DNA from: Halarcobacter sp.
GTDB lineage: Bacteria > Campylobacterota > Campylobacteria > Campylobacterales > Arcobacteraceae
Assembly (NCBI GenBank): GCA_963676565.1
Contig: OY781089.1
Location: forward strand, 832,001-896,000
Length of the DNA stretch: 64,000 bases
Direction of reading: 5' to 3'
Made by a program: the position numbers and the translations under genes. The notes beneath the pieces are model-generated. The model saw only the letters and a program-made list of their open reading frames with translations, was not told the DNA's origin and did no database searches. Within the stretch, counting starts at the first letter, position 1. Each line of letters starts with the position of its first letter. Below, one piece after another: positions 9,372 to 18,706 of this stretch.

Positions 9372-9640
9372 TTTTATAATCCTATATATCGTTTGAAATT
9401 TAGCAGATAGTCTATCTAAGGTTTTATTAAAGTTTAGTGAGATAAAAGATTTATATAATTTGTAATAAGAGTTTTTTATATATGGTCTATTAATATTCCA
9501 CCAAAATAAATAAGAAAGTGAAAAAGAGTAACTTGTTACTCTCTTTAGGATTTGCTTCTTTAAAGGGAATTTACTTCCCTTGGTAAAAGAAGTAATAAAT
9601 ATGTGGTCCCTAAAAAATGGGACATTTTTTAGGAGATTAG

Positions 9641-10237
9641 ATGAGCCAACAAGAGTTTTGGAATAGTAAATTTTCAAGGGAAGGTTTTTTATATGGCTTA
9701 AAACCAAATGGTTTTATAGCTTCAAAAATCAAATCATTTCCAAAAGATGCAAAGGTTTTATGTTTAGGTGAGGGTGAAGGAAGAAATGCAATCTTTCTAG
9801 CAAGAAGAGGTTTTGATGTAACAGCAATTGATGCTTCTGATGTGGGGCTTGATAAACTAAAACAAAGAGCAAAAGAAGAAAACCTTGAGATAAAAACAAT
9901 ATGTATGGACTTAAATCATTGGGAAGATGATTCAAAATATGATGTAATAGTTGCTTCATTTTTGCATATGTATAAAAAAGATAGAGATAAATTGTTTGAA
10001 AAAATCGATGACTGTTTAAATGTTGATGGTTTATTTGTAGGGGAGTTTTTCTCTCAAAAACAAATATCTTATAGTAGTGGTGGACCAAAAGATTTAGACC
10101 TTTTATACACAGTTGAAGATTTTAAATCACATTACACTTTTAGTGATGGAGAAGTTAAAGAACAAATTACAATTTTAGATGAGGGTAAAGGTCACCAAGG
10201 TGAGGCTTGTGTGATAAGGGTATTTTTAGAAAAATAG
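9641..10237 (+). CDS. Class I SAM-dependent methyltransferase (TehB-like)
   Basis: VLCLGEGEGRNAIFLA motif I, AIDAS, SSGGPK; AGGAG RBS. Confidence 0.88.
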   Translation: MSQQEFWNSKFSREGFLYGLKPNGFIASKIKSFPKDAKVLCLGEGEGRNAIFLARRGFDVTAIDASDVGLDKLKQRAKEENLEIKTICMDLNHWEDDSKYDVIVASFLHMYKKDRDKLFEKIDDCLNVDGLFVGEFFSQKQISYSSGGPKDLDLLYTVEDFKSHYTFSDGEVKEQITILDEGKGHQGEACVIRVFLEK

Positions 10238-10327
10238 CCTAAGCCCCCTTTACAAAATTTTAATCTAATTTTAAATATACTATAGACCTTTTACAATAAC
10301 AAATTTAATAAAATTTAAGAAGACTTA

Positions 10328-13300
10328 ATGACAGAAAAAATAAAAAAATTAATTGAAGAAAAAGTTTTAATTATCGATGGAGCTATGGGTACACAGCTTC
10401 AACTTGCAGATATCAAAAATGAAGAATGGCAATATGAAGGGAATGATTTAGAAGGTTGTAATGAACTTTTAAATTTAACTGCTCCACATATTCTTGAAAC
10501 TATTCATGATAATTATGCCAAAGCAGGTGCAAATTTTTTAACTACAAATACTTTTGGTTCAATGCCCTGGGTTTTAGATGAGTATGGAATACCTGAAACT
10601 TCTTATGAATTATCAAAATTAGGTGCTCAAATTGCCAACAAGTCTAAAGAAAAATATAGCACTCCTGAAGATCCAAAATTTGTATTTGGTTCAATAGGTC
10701 CAGGAACAAAACTTCCATCATTGGGACATATAAAATATGATGAGATGTTTGAAGGGTATAAAATCATGGCTAAGGGTTTAGCTGATGGTGGGACAGATGT
10801 ATTTTTATTAGAAACTTGTCAAGATCCATTACAAATAAAAGCTGCCCTACATGCTTTAAATGAAGTAGCTCCTCATATACCTATTATGGTAAGTGTTACT
10901 ATTGAGATGTCAGGAACTATGTTAATTGGAACTGATGCCATGACAATTGCAGCTATATTAGAGCCTTTTAATATTTTATCTTTAGGATTTAACTGTGGAA
11001 CTGGGCCAAAACAAGTTCATAAACATGTTAAAGCTTTAAGTGAAGTTTGTAAATTCCCAATCTCTGTTCATGCAAATGCAGGACTTCCTCAAAATAGAGG
11101 TGGACAAACTTATTATCCAATGGGACCAGATGAGTTTACAAAATTACAAAAAGAGTTTCTTGAGATAAATGGAGTTAGTTTTTTAGGTGGTTGTTGTGGT
11201 ACAACACCTGAACATATTAAGGCTTTAAGTCAAGGTGTTAAAGGGATTAAACCTTTAAAACCTTGTGGATTTTTAAAAGCATCATTAGCTTCACTATTTA
11301 ATGTTGTTCCTTTAAAACAAGACCCAGCACCTTTATTAATTGGTGAGAGATCAAATGCAACTGGATCTAAAGCCTTTAGAGAGCTTCTAAAAGCAAATGA
11401 TTATGAAGGAACACTTTCAGTTGGTCAACAGCAAGTAAGAGCTGGTGCTCATGTTATTGATGTAAGTGTTGGTTTTGCTGGACGTGATGAAACTGGTGAT
11501 ATGGATAAAGTGGTTGAGCTTTATTCTCAAAAAGTTTCACTACCACTTATGCCCGATTCTACTCAAGTTCCAGCACTAGAAGCTGCCTTAAAACAAATTG
11601 GTGGACGATGTATAATCAACTCAGTAAACCTTGAAGATGGGGAAGAGAAGTTTGATATAGTTTGTAAGTTGGCTAAAAAATTTGGAGCTGCACTTGTTTG
11701 TTTAGTTATTGATGAAGTTGGAATGGCAAAAACAAAAGAGCGTAAGCTTGAAATTGCTGAAAGAATCTATGACTTATGTGTAAATAGGCATGGCTTTAAA
11801 GGTGAAGATTTAGTATTTGATATGCTTACCTTTACAATTGGTTCAGGTGATGATGAATATAGAACAGCAGGAATTGAGACACTTGAAGCTATTAGGGAAT
11901 TTCAAATAAGACATCCAGAAGTTGGAACAACTTTAGGACTTTCAAATATCTCATTTGGATTATCTGTAAATGCAAGAATATATTTAAATTCTATCTATTT
12001 AGACCATTGTGTAAAAGCTGGATTAACATCTGCTATTGTAAATGTTAAACATATCTTGCCATTAAATAAAATTAGTGAAGATGATAAAAAAGCTTGTGAT
12101 GATTTAATTTTTAATAACCAAGAAAACGGTGACCCATTATTTAAATTTATTGAACATTTTTCAAATGTTGCTGATATGGAAGAGCAAAGTGATGAAGAGT
12201 ATCAAAAACTTGAACCAATTGATAAAGTTAAAAAACTTTTACTTGATGGTGATAAAGATAGAATGCTTCCACTTGTGGATGAATTAAGACACACAGTTAA
12301 TCCTGAAATTATTGTAAATGAATGGTTGATTGATGGAATGAAAGTTATTGGAGAGCTATTTGGAAGTGGACAAATGCAATTACCATTTGTACTTCAAAGT
12401 GCTGAAACAATGAAAGCAACAGTTGATGCTTTAAACCCATATTTACCAAAAGAGGAAAAAGCTAGTGAAACAGTTTTAGTTTTAGGAACTGTTAAAGGTG
12501 ATGTTCACGATGTTGGTAAAAACTTAGTTGATATTATTCTTTCGAATAATGGATTTAAAGTTATAAATATTGGTATTAAAGCTGATTTAAACGATTTTAT
12601 AATAGCTGTACGTGAACATAAAGCCCAAGCAATTGGAATGAGTGGCTTACTTGTAAAATCAACTGCTGTTATGAAAGAAAATTTAGAAACACTTCAAAAA
12701 GAGGGGATTGATATCCCTGTACTTTTAGGTGGAGCTGCACTTACAAAAAGTTTTGTAAACGATTATTGTAGACCAATTTATGATGGACCAATTTTTTATT
12801 GTAGAGATGCCTTTGATGGTGTTGTTTCTATGCAAAGAATCGAAAGTGGAGAGCTTGATAATACAGCACTTGCAGCAGATTTAGTAGATGATGAAGAGAT
12901 TGCCAAAAAAGAAGAGGCTGAAGTAAAAATCGATGAAGCGGATGTAGTTTTACCAGAACCAGGAACTTTTACATTCCCTCCATTATGGGGAAGAGTTGCT
13001 TTATATGGAGATTCTGTAGATCAAGATTTAATTTATAAATGGATAAACCATAGGGTTTTATTTAGACAAAGATGGGGATATAAAAGGGGTAAACAAGACT
13101 CACAAGAATTTTTAGAACATGAAGAAAATGTTGTGAAACCACTTTATGAAAAATTAAAAGATGAATTTTTTGAAAAGAAACTTTTTGACCCAATTGCTAT
13201 TTATGCATATTATCCATGTATTTCAAAGGAGAATAAACTTTATATTTTCTCTCCTGAATATGCCTTCCATAGTGAAAAGGAAGCAAAAAATATTCCACCA

Positions 13301-13798
13301 CTTGAAAAAGCAATCAAAGTTATGGAGTTTCCTAGACAAAAGAAAAAACCACATAGATGTATAGCTGATTTCTTTGCAAATGATAGATTAGATGTAGTTG
13401 CATTTTCATTTGCAAGTGCAGGGATGAAGTTAAGTCCATATGAGGCAGAGCTTTATAAAGAAAGTAAATTTACAGAATATTATCAAGTTCATGGATTAGG
13501 AGTTGAGTTAGCTGAAGCTTTAGCTGAGGTTATTCACAAACAAGTTAGACTTGATTTGGATATAGTTCCAAAAGAGGGAAATACTTTACATGATGTTCAA
13601 ATGAAACAATATGTAGGGTGTAGATATTCCCCTGGATATGCAGCTTGTCCAGATTTAGAACAAAGTAGGGATATGTTTGATTTATTAAATCCTGAAGAGT
13701 TTGGGATAGAGTTAAGTGAGACTTTCCAGATTCATCCGGAGCAATCTACGTGTGCTATAATAGTTCCTCATCACAAAGCTAACTATTACAATATTTAA
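10328..13798 (+). CDS. metH: Cobalamin-dependent methionine synthase
   Basis: DGAMGT, GGCCGT (Zn), IGERSNATGS pterin domain, GDVHDVGKN B12-binding motif, RYSPGYAACP reactivation domain. Confidence 0.97.
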   Translation: MTEKIKKLIEEKVLIIDGAMGTQLQLADIKNEEWQYEGNDLEGCNELLNLTAPHILETIHDNYAKAGANFLTTNTFGSMPWVLDEYGIPETSYELSKLGAQIANKSKEKYSTPEDPKFVFGSIGPGTKLPSLGHIKYDEMFEGYKIMAKGLADGGTDVFLLETCQDPLQIKAALHALNEVAPHIPIMVSVTIEMSGTMLIGTDAMTIAAILEPFNILSLGFNCGTGPKQVHKHVKALSEVCKFPISVHANAGLPQNRGGQTYYPMGPDEFTKLQKEFLEINGVSFLGGCCGTTPEHIKALSQGVKGIKPLKPCGFLKASLASLFNVVPLKQDPAPLLIGERSNATGSKAFRELLKANDYEGTLSVGQQQVRAGAHVIDVSVGFAGRDETGDMDKVVELYSQKVSLPLMPDSTQVPALEAALKQIGGRCIINSVNLEDGEEKFDIVCKLAKKFGAALVCLVIDEVGMAKTKERKLEIAERIYDLCVNRHGFKGEDLVFDMLTFTIGSGDDEYRTAGIETLEAIREFQIRHPEVGTTLGLSNISFGLSVNARIYLNSIYLDHCVKAGLTSAIVNVKHILPLNKISEDDKKACDDLIFNNQENGDPLFKFIEHFSNVADMEEQSDEEYQKLEPIDKVKKLLLDGDKDRMLPLVDELRHTVNPEIIVNEWLIDGMKVIGELFGSGQMQLPFVLQSAETMKATVDALNPYLPKEEKASETVLVLGTVKGDVHDVGKNLVDIILSNNGFKVINIGIKADLNDFIIAVREHKAQAIGMSGLLVKSTAVMKENLETLQKEGIDIPVLLGGAALTKSFVNDYCRPIYDGPIFYCRDAFDGVVSMQRIESGELDNTALAADLVDDEEIAKKEEAEVKIDEADVVLPEPGTFTFPPLWGRVALYGDSVDQDLIYKWINHRVLFRQRWGYKRGKQDSQEFLEHEENVVKPLYEKLKDEFFEKKLFDPIAIYAYYPCISKENKLYIFSPEYAFHSEKEAKNIPPLEKAIKVMEFPRQKKKPHRCIADFFANDRLDVVAFSFASAGMKLSPYEAELYKESKFTEYYQVHGLGVELAEALAEVIHKQVRLDLDIVPKEGNTLHDVQMKQYVGCRYSPGYAACPDLEQSRDMFDLLNPEEFGIELSETFQIHPEQSTCAIIVPHHKANYYNI

Positions 13799-13904
13799 AA
13801 AATCATTTTAGTACGAGTATTTTTATCCAATTTCTGTGGTGGTATTTAGAATTTTAAATACCGCCTTGACCTTGAACAAAACTTCCTACACTACAACGAT
13901 TTTT
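13798..13904. repeat. Imperfect ~105-bp palindromic element (ERIC/MITE-like)
   Basis: The left arm aaaaatcattttagtacgagtatttttatccaatttc pairs imperfectly with the right arm (reverse complement aaaaatcgttgtagtgtaggaagttttgttcaaggtc). Central stem ggtggtatttag/ttaaataccgcc. GC-richer than other spacers. Only one copy in this window. Confidence 0.55.
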
Positions 13905-13939
13905 GAGTAATTTAAAAATTAAAATAATATCGAGAATAT

Positions 13940-14791
13940 ATGAACAACAATAAAAAAGGTATTATAATCACCGCTTTAGGTGTTTTACTAATGAGTTTTG
14001 AGTCTTTATTTATAAAGCTAACTTCCATCTCTGCTTTTACTTTTTCTTTTTATCTTGGAATATTTATGTTTATTTCAATGGTTTTCTTACTAATAATAAA
14101 ACAAAGAGATGTCATAAAAGAAGTTGCCAAAACATCTTTTTATATCTTTCTTTTATGTGGAATATTAATGGGTAGTGCAAATATCTTTTTTATTTGGGCG
14201 ATAAAAAGTACAACTGCTGCAAATGTTGTACTTATAATAGGAACAGGAGCTTTATTTACATCTTTTTTCGCATATTTATTTTATAGGGAAAAAATAAAAT
14301 TGAATGTTCTTATTTCATCATTTTTTCTATTTATTGGTCTTTTTATAATCTTTAATGATAAGCTAGGAATGGGTAATTTAAAGGGTAATCTTTTGGCTCT
14401 CTTATGCACAATGACCTTTTCTTTGTCTTTTGTTTTAATGTCAAAATATACTAGAATAAATAGAATAGCAATGACAGCAATGACTGGAATATCATTGGCT
14501 ACAATAGCTTATTTTGTAAGTGACACAATTAGCATAGACTTTTATAATCTTTTGGTAGTAGGAGCAATGGGATTAATTATAACTCCATTTTCAAGGGTTT
14601 TAATATTTACTGGAACAAAATTTATAAATGCTAGTGAAGTAAGTCTTTTAATGATTATTGAAACAGTTATGGGACCTATTTGGGTTTGGATGGTTTTAAA
14701 TGAAGTACCAAGTTCTTATACTTTTATAGGTGGGAGTATTATTTTATTAACTTTAGTATTAAATTCAATGTATATCATGAGAAAGGGATAG
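13940..14791 (+). CDS. DMT/EamA family transporter
   Basis: About 10 TM segments in two repeats; ASEVSLLMIIETVMGPIWVW...EVP...IGG. Confidence 0.88.
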   Translation: MNNNKKGIIITALGVLLMSFESLFIKLTSISAFTFSFYLGIFMFISMVFLLIIKQRDVIKEVAKTSFYIFLLCGILMGSANIFFIWAIKSTTAANVVLIIGTGALFTSFFAYLFYREKIKLNVLISSFFLFIGLFIIFNDKLGMGNLKGNLLALLCTMTFSLSFVLMSKYTRINRIAMTAMTGISLATIAYFVSDTISIDFYNLLVVGAMGLIITPFSRVLIFTGTKFINASEVSLLMIIETVMGPIWVWMVLNEVPSSYTFIGGSIILLTLVLNSMYIMRKG

Positions 14792-15373
14792 TTTTAATTG
14801 TTTATCATGATATTTACTAAGTAAAATTAATGCAACAATAGCTCCTAGTAGTGCCAACCCCATATCGCTTTGTGTATCCCAAACATAACCTTGAGTTCCT
14901 AAAAAAGCTTCGGCATCTTCACCACTTAATAATGCCACCCACCACTCTATTAGTTCATAAAAAGCAGAAAAACCTAAGCAAAAACAAACTATAAAAAAAT
15001 CTCTCCATTTTGCTAATGGAATGATATTTTTTCGTATAAGTATCTCCCTTGCAACCATTGCTGGAATAAAACCTTGAGCAAAGTGTCCTACTTTGTCATA
15101 ATTGTTTCTATCTTGATTAAAAACCTCTTTTATTAAATCGAAAAAAGGAACTTGGGCATAGGTATAGTGGCCACCAATCATAAGTATAATGCAATGCACT
15201 AAAATAAGAGAATAAACTAGTGTTGTTAATTTAAAATTTTTGTATGTAATCACCAGGATAACTATTCCAATAATTGCTGGCAAAACTTCTAAAAACCAAG
15301 TAAATTGATCTTTTGGATTAATCCCTGACCATAATAAAAAAGAAAAAAATATTAATAAATATAAATACTTCAT
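14765..15373 (-). CDS. DUF2238/YjdF-like inner membrane protein
   Basis: GGHYTYAQVP, RNNYDKVGHFAQG, YELIEW, FLGTQGYVWDTQSDM. Confidence 0.85.
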   Translation of the reverse strand: MKYLYLLIFFSFLLWSGINPKDQFTWFLEVLPAIIGIVILVITYKNFKLTTLVYSLILVHCIILMIGGHYTYAQVPFFDLIKEVFNQDRNNYDKVGHFAQGFIPAMVAREILIRKNIIPLAKWRDFFIVCFCLGFSAFYELIEWWVALLSGEDAEAFLGTQGYVWDTQSDMGLALLGAIVALILLSKYHDKQLKLSLSHDIH

Positions 15374-15461
15374 AAAATATTCTACTCTTTTTAATATTTG
15401 AATTAACTCATTGTTATCTATTTTTTGATAAAATCTTACTACTTAAATAAGGAACTTTGTA

Positions 15462-15959
15462 ATGGAAAAAGAAAAAACACTTACTGATAAGATAATCAAT
15501 TACATTTATATACTTTCAAAACAACCAATTTTACTAAGAGATTTACTTGAAGCAAATAGACAATTTAATGAAGGTATGCATGTTGACCCTGCGAAGTTAG
15601 GATTCAGATTAAAGCTTGGACGAGCTTATTTAGTATATATCTTGATTGTACTAGCTATTTTAGTTCCAATTTCAACAATCTTACATTATCCTTTAGCAAA
15701 TATTGATCCACATATTTCTATTTTAGGGGCAATGATTATTACTGCTATAATCTTTATGGGATTTAACTTTTTTAGATCTAAAATGAGAGATATAATTTCA
15801 TACAGACAAATTAAAAAATCTTGGCAATTAAGATTTCCATACTTCCCTTATCATGAATATAATAAAAAAATTGAAGAGATTTATTTACAAGCATTAAAAA
15901 ATGAAGTTTCAAAAAAAGATTTAGAAAAATATATCTTAGATAATCTAGTAGAAGATTAA
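15462..15959 (+). CDS. Hypothetical two-TM membrane protein
   Basis: AAGGA RBS and two hydrophobic segments; no recognised catalytic motif. Confidence 0.65.
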   Translation: MEKEKTLTDKIINYIYILSKQPILLRDLLEANRQFNEGMHVDPAKLGFRLKLGRAYLVYILIVLAILVPISTILHYPLANIDPHISILGAMIITAIIFMGFNFFRSKMRDIISYRQIKKSWQLRFPYFPYHEYNKKIEEIYLQALKNEVSKKDLEKYILDNLVED

Positions 15960-16032
15960 AAGAATTAAAGTTAACTTTTCAAAATAAGTAAAAAACAAGT
16001 ACAATATAAAATCCCATAAAAAATGGATTTTT

Positions 16033-17112
16033 ATGAAGTTTGAAAAGTTTGAAACAGGAAACCATTTCTCAATAGGAATAGAGTTAGAATTAAGAATATT
16101 AGATAAATTCACTTTATCTCCTAAGGATGAATTCGACTATTTTTACTCAAATCTTGATGAAAAATTCAAGGCAAATATTGCAAAAGAATTTTTAGGTTCT
16201 ATGATAGAGATTAACACTCCCATTTTCCACTATGAAAAAGATTTAATTGAATATCTTAAAAATATAATCAGTGAACTTTCACTTTTAGCTTCAAAAAAAT
16301 CTCTATGTTTACAAACAAGTGGAACTTATGCACAAAAAAGTGAAGAGTTTAATGTTAGCAATAATAAAAGATACGAAAAAATTTATGATGAACATAAGAT
16401 TTTATTAGATAATTTTTCTATTTGTGGAACCCATGTTCATGTAGGTTTTGAAAATTTTGATAAGGCTTTAAAAGCTTATAATTACTCAATCTATTATTTA
16501 CCTCTTTTTTTAGCATTAAGTGCTTCTTCTTTATATTACAATGGGATAGATACAGGTATCCATTCATATAGAACAAAGATTTTCTCAAGATTACCAAAGG
16601 CTTCTATTCCAGAATATTTTGATAATTATGAACAGATGAATCACTTATATCAATTATTGAAAAAATCAAATGTAATTGATTCTACAAAAGATATTTGGTG
16701 GGATGTTAGAATTCAGCCCCATTTTAAAACAGTTGAATTTAGAATCTGTGATGCAGTCAATGATTTTGAAAGATTAGAGCTTATAATAAAACTTTTTAGA
16801 GTGATGTGTCAATTATCACAGTTTTTCGATTTTGAAAAAATTCCAATGCAAATATTAAAACAAAACATGTGGAGTGCCACAAGATATTCAATGGATGGAG
16901 AGATAGTCGATGCCAATGGAAAAGTTAAAAAAATAAGAGATGAATTAAAAGATTTACTAAATAAAGCTTTTAGTAAAAATTTGATTGATAAGAGTTTTTT
17001 AGAGAAAGCCAAAACTCTAATAGAAAAAGAATCTATCTCAAAAAAGATGGAAAATTTATATAAAAGAACAAATAGTTTAAAAGAAGTAGAAAGGTTAGGT
17101 GTATTTGAATGA
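16033..17112 (+). CDS. YbdK/GCS2-family carboxylate-amine (gamma-glutamyl) ligase
   Basis: SIGIELEL, MIEINT, CGTHVHVG, WWDVRIQPHFKTVEFRICD. Confidence 0.88.
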   Translation: MKFEKFETGNHFSIGIELELRILDKFTLSPKDEFDYFYSNLDEKFKANIAKEFLGSMIEINTPIFHYEKDLIEYLKNIISELSLLASKKSLCLQTSGTYAQKSEEFNVSNNKRYEKIYDEHKILLDNFSICGTHVHVGFENFDKALKAYNYSIYYLPLFLALSASSLYYNGIDTGIHSYRTKIFSRLPKASIPEYFDNYEQMNHLYQLLKKSNVIDSTKDIWWDVRIQPHFKTVEFRICDAVNDFERLELIIKLFRVMCQLSQFFDFEKIPMQILKQNMWSATRYSMDGEIVDANGKVKKIRDELKDLLNKAFSKNLIDKSFLEKAKTLIEKESISKKMENLYKRTNSLKEVERLGVFE

Positions 17113-18626
17113 AAGGTGTAGTAGCAGCTGGAGATAAAAATTCTGCTCAAGCAGGAGCTGATATTTTAAAAGAGGGTGGAAATGCTTATGATGCAGCTTT
17201 AGCTGTAATGTTAGCTGCTCCAATTTGCGAACCATTATTTACAAGTTTAGGGGGCGGAGGCTTTTTATTAGGTTTAGAAGATGGTAAGAAGCCTGAACTT
17301 TATGATTTCTTTGTGGAAGTTCCAAAAAAAAGATTGGAAGAACCAGAGTTTTATCCTATATATGTTGATTTTGGTGCGGCTGTTCAAGAGTTTCATATAG
17401 GCGCTGGTAGTGTTGCAATTCCAGGTTTAATAAAAGGGATTGAAAAAGTTCATCAAGAAAAATGTACATTACCTCTTAGTAAAATTATAGAACCAGCAGT
17501 AAAGTATGCAAGAGAAGGTATCTATTTATCTAGTATGCAAGCAAGTTTTGTAAAATTACTAGAACCAATTTTTACATCAACAAAATCATCTATGGATGTA
17601 TATGGAATTGATGATAAGAACTTAATAGATGAAACACATTTATTCAAAAATCCTCAATATGCAGACTTCTTAGAAGCTTTTGCAAAAGAGGGAGCAAGAC
17701 TTTTTTATGAAGGGGAAGTTGCTCGTGAAATTGAAAAAATATCAAAAGAAAATGATGGACTTATTTATAAAGAGGATTTAAAAAACTATGAGGTTATAAA
17801 AAGAAATCCAATAGATTTTAAATACAAAGATTATGAAATCGTTACGAATCCACCACCAAGTGGAGGGGGAATATTAATTGCCTTTACATTGAAACTTCTT
17901 GAACAATATGATTTAAAAGATTTTAGAAGTTATGAGTATGTAAAAGGTTTAATAGAAAGTTTTAATACAACAAGTGATTTTAGGCGTGAACATGTTGATG
18001 AGTTTTTACACGATGAAAAATTAAAAGAGATATTATTTAATGATAGACTAATAAAAAATTACTGTACAACAATGAATAGTAGACTTAACCTTTGGGGAAA
18101 TACAACCCATTTATCTGTTATTGATGAGAAAGGGAATGCCGTTTCTGTTACAACTACAAATGGTGAAGGAAGTGGTCATGTGATACCAAGTTCTGGAATC
18201 ATGCTTAATAATATGATGGGGGAAGAAGACTTAAATCCCCATGGATGGTTTGCTTGGGATGAGGGGATTAGATTACCATCTATGATGGCACCCACAGCTG
18301 TTTTAAAAGATGGACACCCTGAATTAATACTTGGAAGTGCGGGAAGTAATAGAATACGTTCAGCAATTACTTCAACCATAATCAATAATCTTGAATATGG
18401 AATGAATCTTGATAAAAGTATCAATTCCCCTAGAATTCATTTTGAAAAAGGGGTTGTTTGTGTGGAACCAAGTTTAGATATTGCCATTAGAAATGAATTA
18501 GAAAAACATTATAAACTTCAATATTTTGACTCTTTAAATATTTTCTTTGGTGGTGTACAGGCCGTCAATGGGAACCTTGAAGGTGGGTGCGATAGTAGAC
18601 GAGGAGCTTTTGTAATAAAAACATAA
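17109..18626 (+). CDS. ggt: Gamma-glutamyltransferase family protein, no signal peptide
   Basis: GGNAYDAA, LGGGGF, NPPPSGGG, autoprocessing N-TTHLSVID, LNNMMGE, PSMMAP, GSAGSNRI; ATGA overlap with the upstream gene. Confidence 0.9.
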   Translation: MKGVVAAGDKNSAQAGADILKEGGNAYDAALAVMLAAPICEPLFTSLGGGGFLLGLEDGKKPELYDFFVEVPKKRLEEPEFYPIYVDFGAAVQEFHIGAGSVAIPGLIKGIEKVHQEKCTLPLSKIIEPAVKYAREGIYLSSMQASFVKLLEPIFTSTKSSMDVYGIDDKNLIDETHLFKNPQYADFLEAFAKEGARLFYEGEVAREIEKISKENDGLIYKEDLKNYEVIKRNPIDFKYKDYEIVTNPPPSGGGILIAFTLKLLEQYDLKDFRSYEYVKGLIESFNTTSDFRREHVDEFLHDEKLKEILFNDRLIKNYCTTMNSRLNLWGNTTHLSVIDEKGNAVSVTTTNGEGSGHVIPSSGIMLNNMMGEEDLNPHGWFAWDEGIRLPSMMAPTAVLKDGHPELILGSAGSNRIRSAITSTIINNLEYGMNLDKSINSPRIHFEKGVVCVEPSLDIAIRNELEKHYKLQYFDSLNIFFGGVQAVNGNLEGGCDSRRGAFVIKT

Positions 18627-18642
18627 TAAGAAAATAACTATT

Positions 18643-18675
18643 TGAGACAATACTGAGACATTCTTCTGTTACAAT
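18643..18675 (+). promoter_or_regulatory. Tandem 11-bp-period operator (TGAGACA x2) plus extended -10 (TGtTACAAT) upstream of the hemerythrin gene
   Basis: tgagac at 18643 and 18654, then exactly 10 bp, then TACAAT at 18670; same geometry as the Pho boxes in this window. Confidence 0.55.
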
Positions 18676-18706
18676 GATAATTGTTAGTTCTAGGGGGAGG
18701 TGTTTT

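Noticed and set aside
9372..9707. 112-aa N-terminal extension of ilvE in the ORF track
   Set aside because: It overlaps the divergent methyltransferase and is not protein-like; the family-typical start MTEAKY has its own RBS
10238..10327. Possible cobalamin or SAM riboswitch upstream of metH
   Set aside because: The spacer is only 90 nt, AT-rich, and has no B12-box or SAM core
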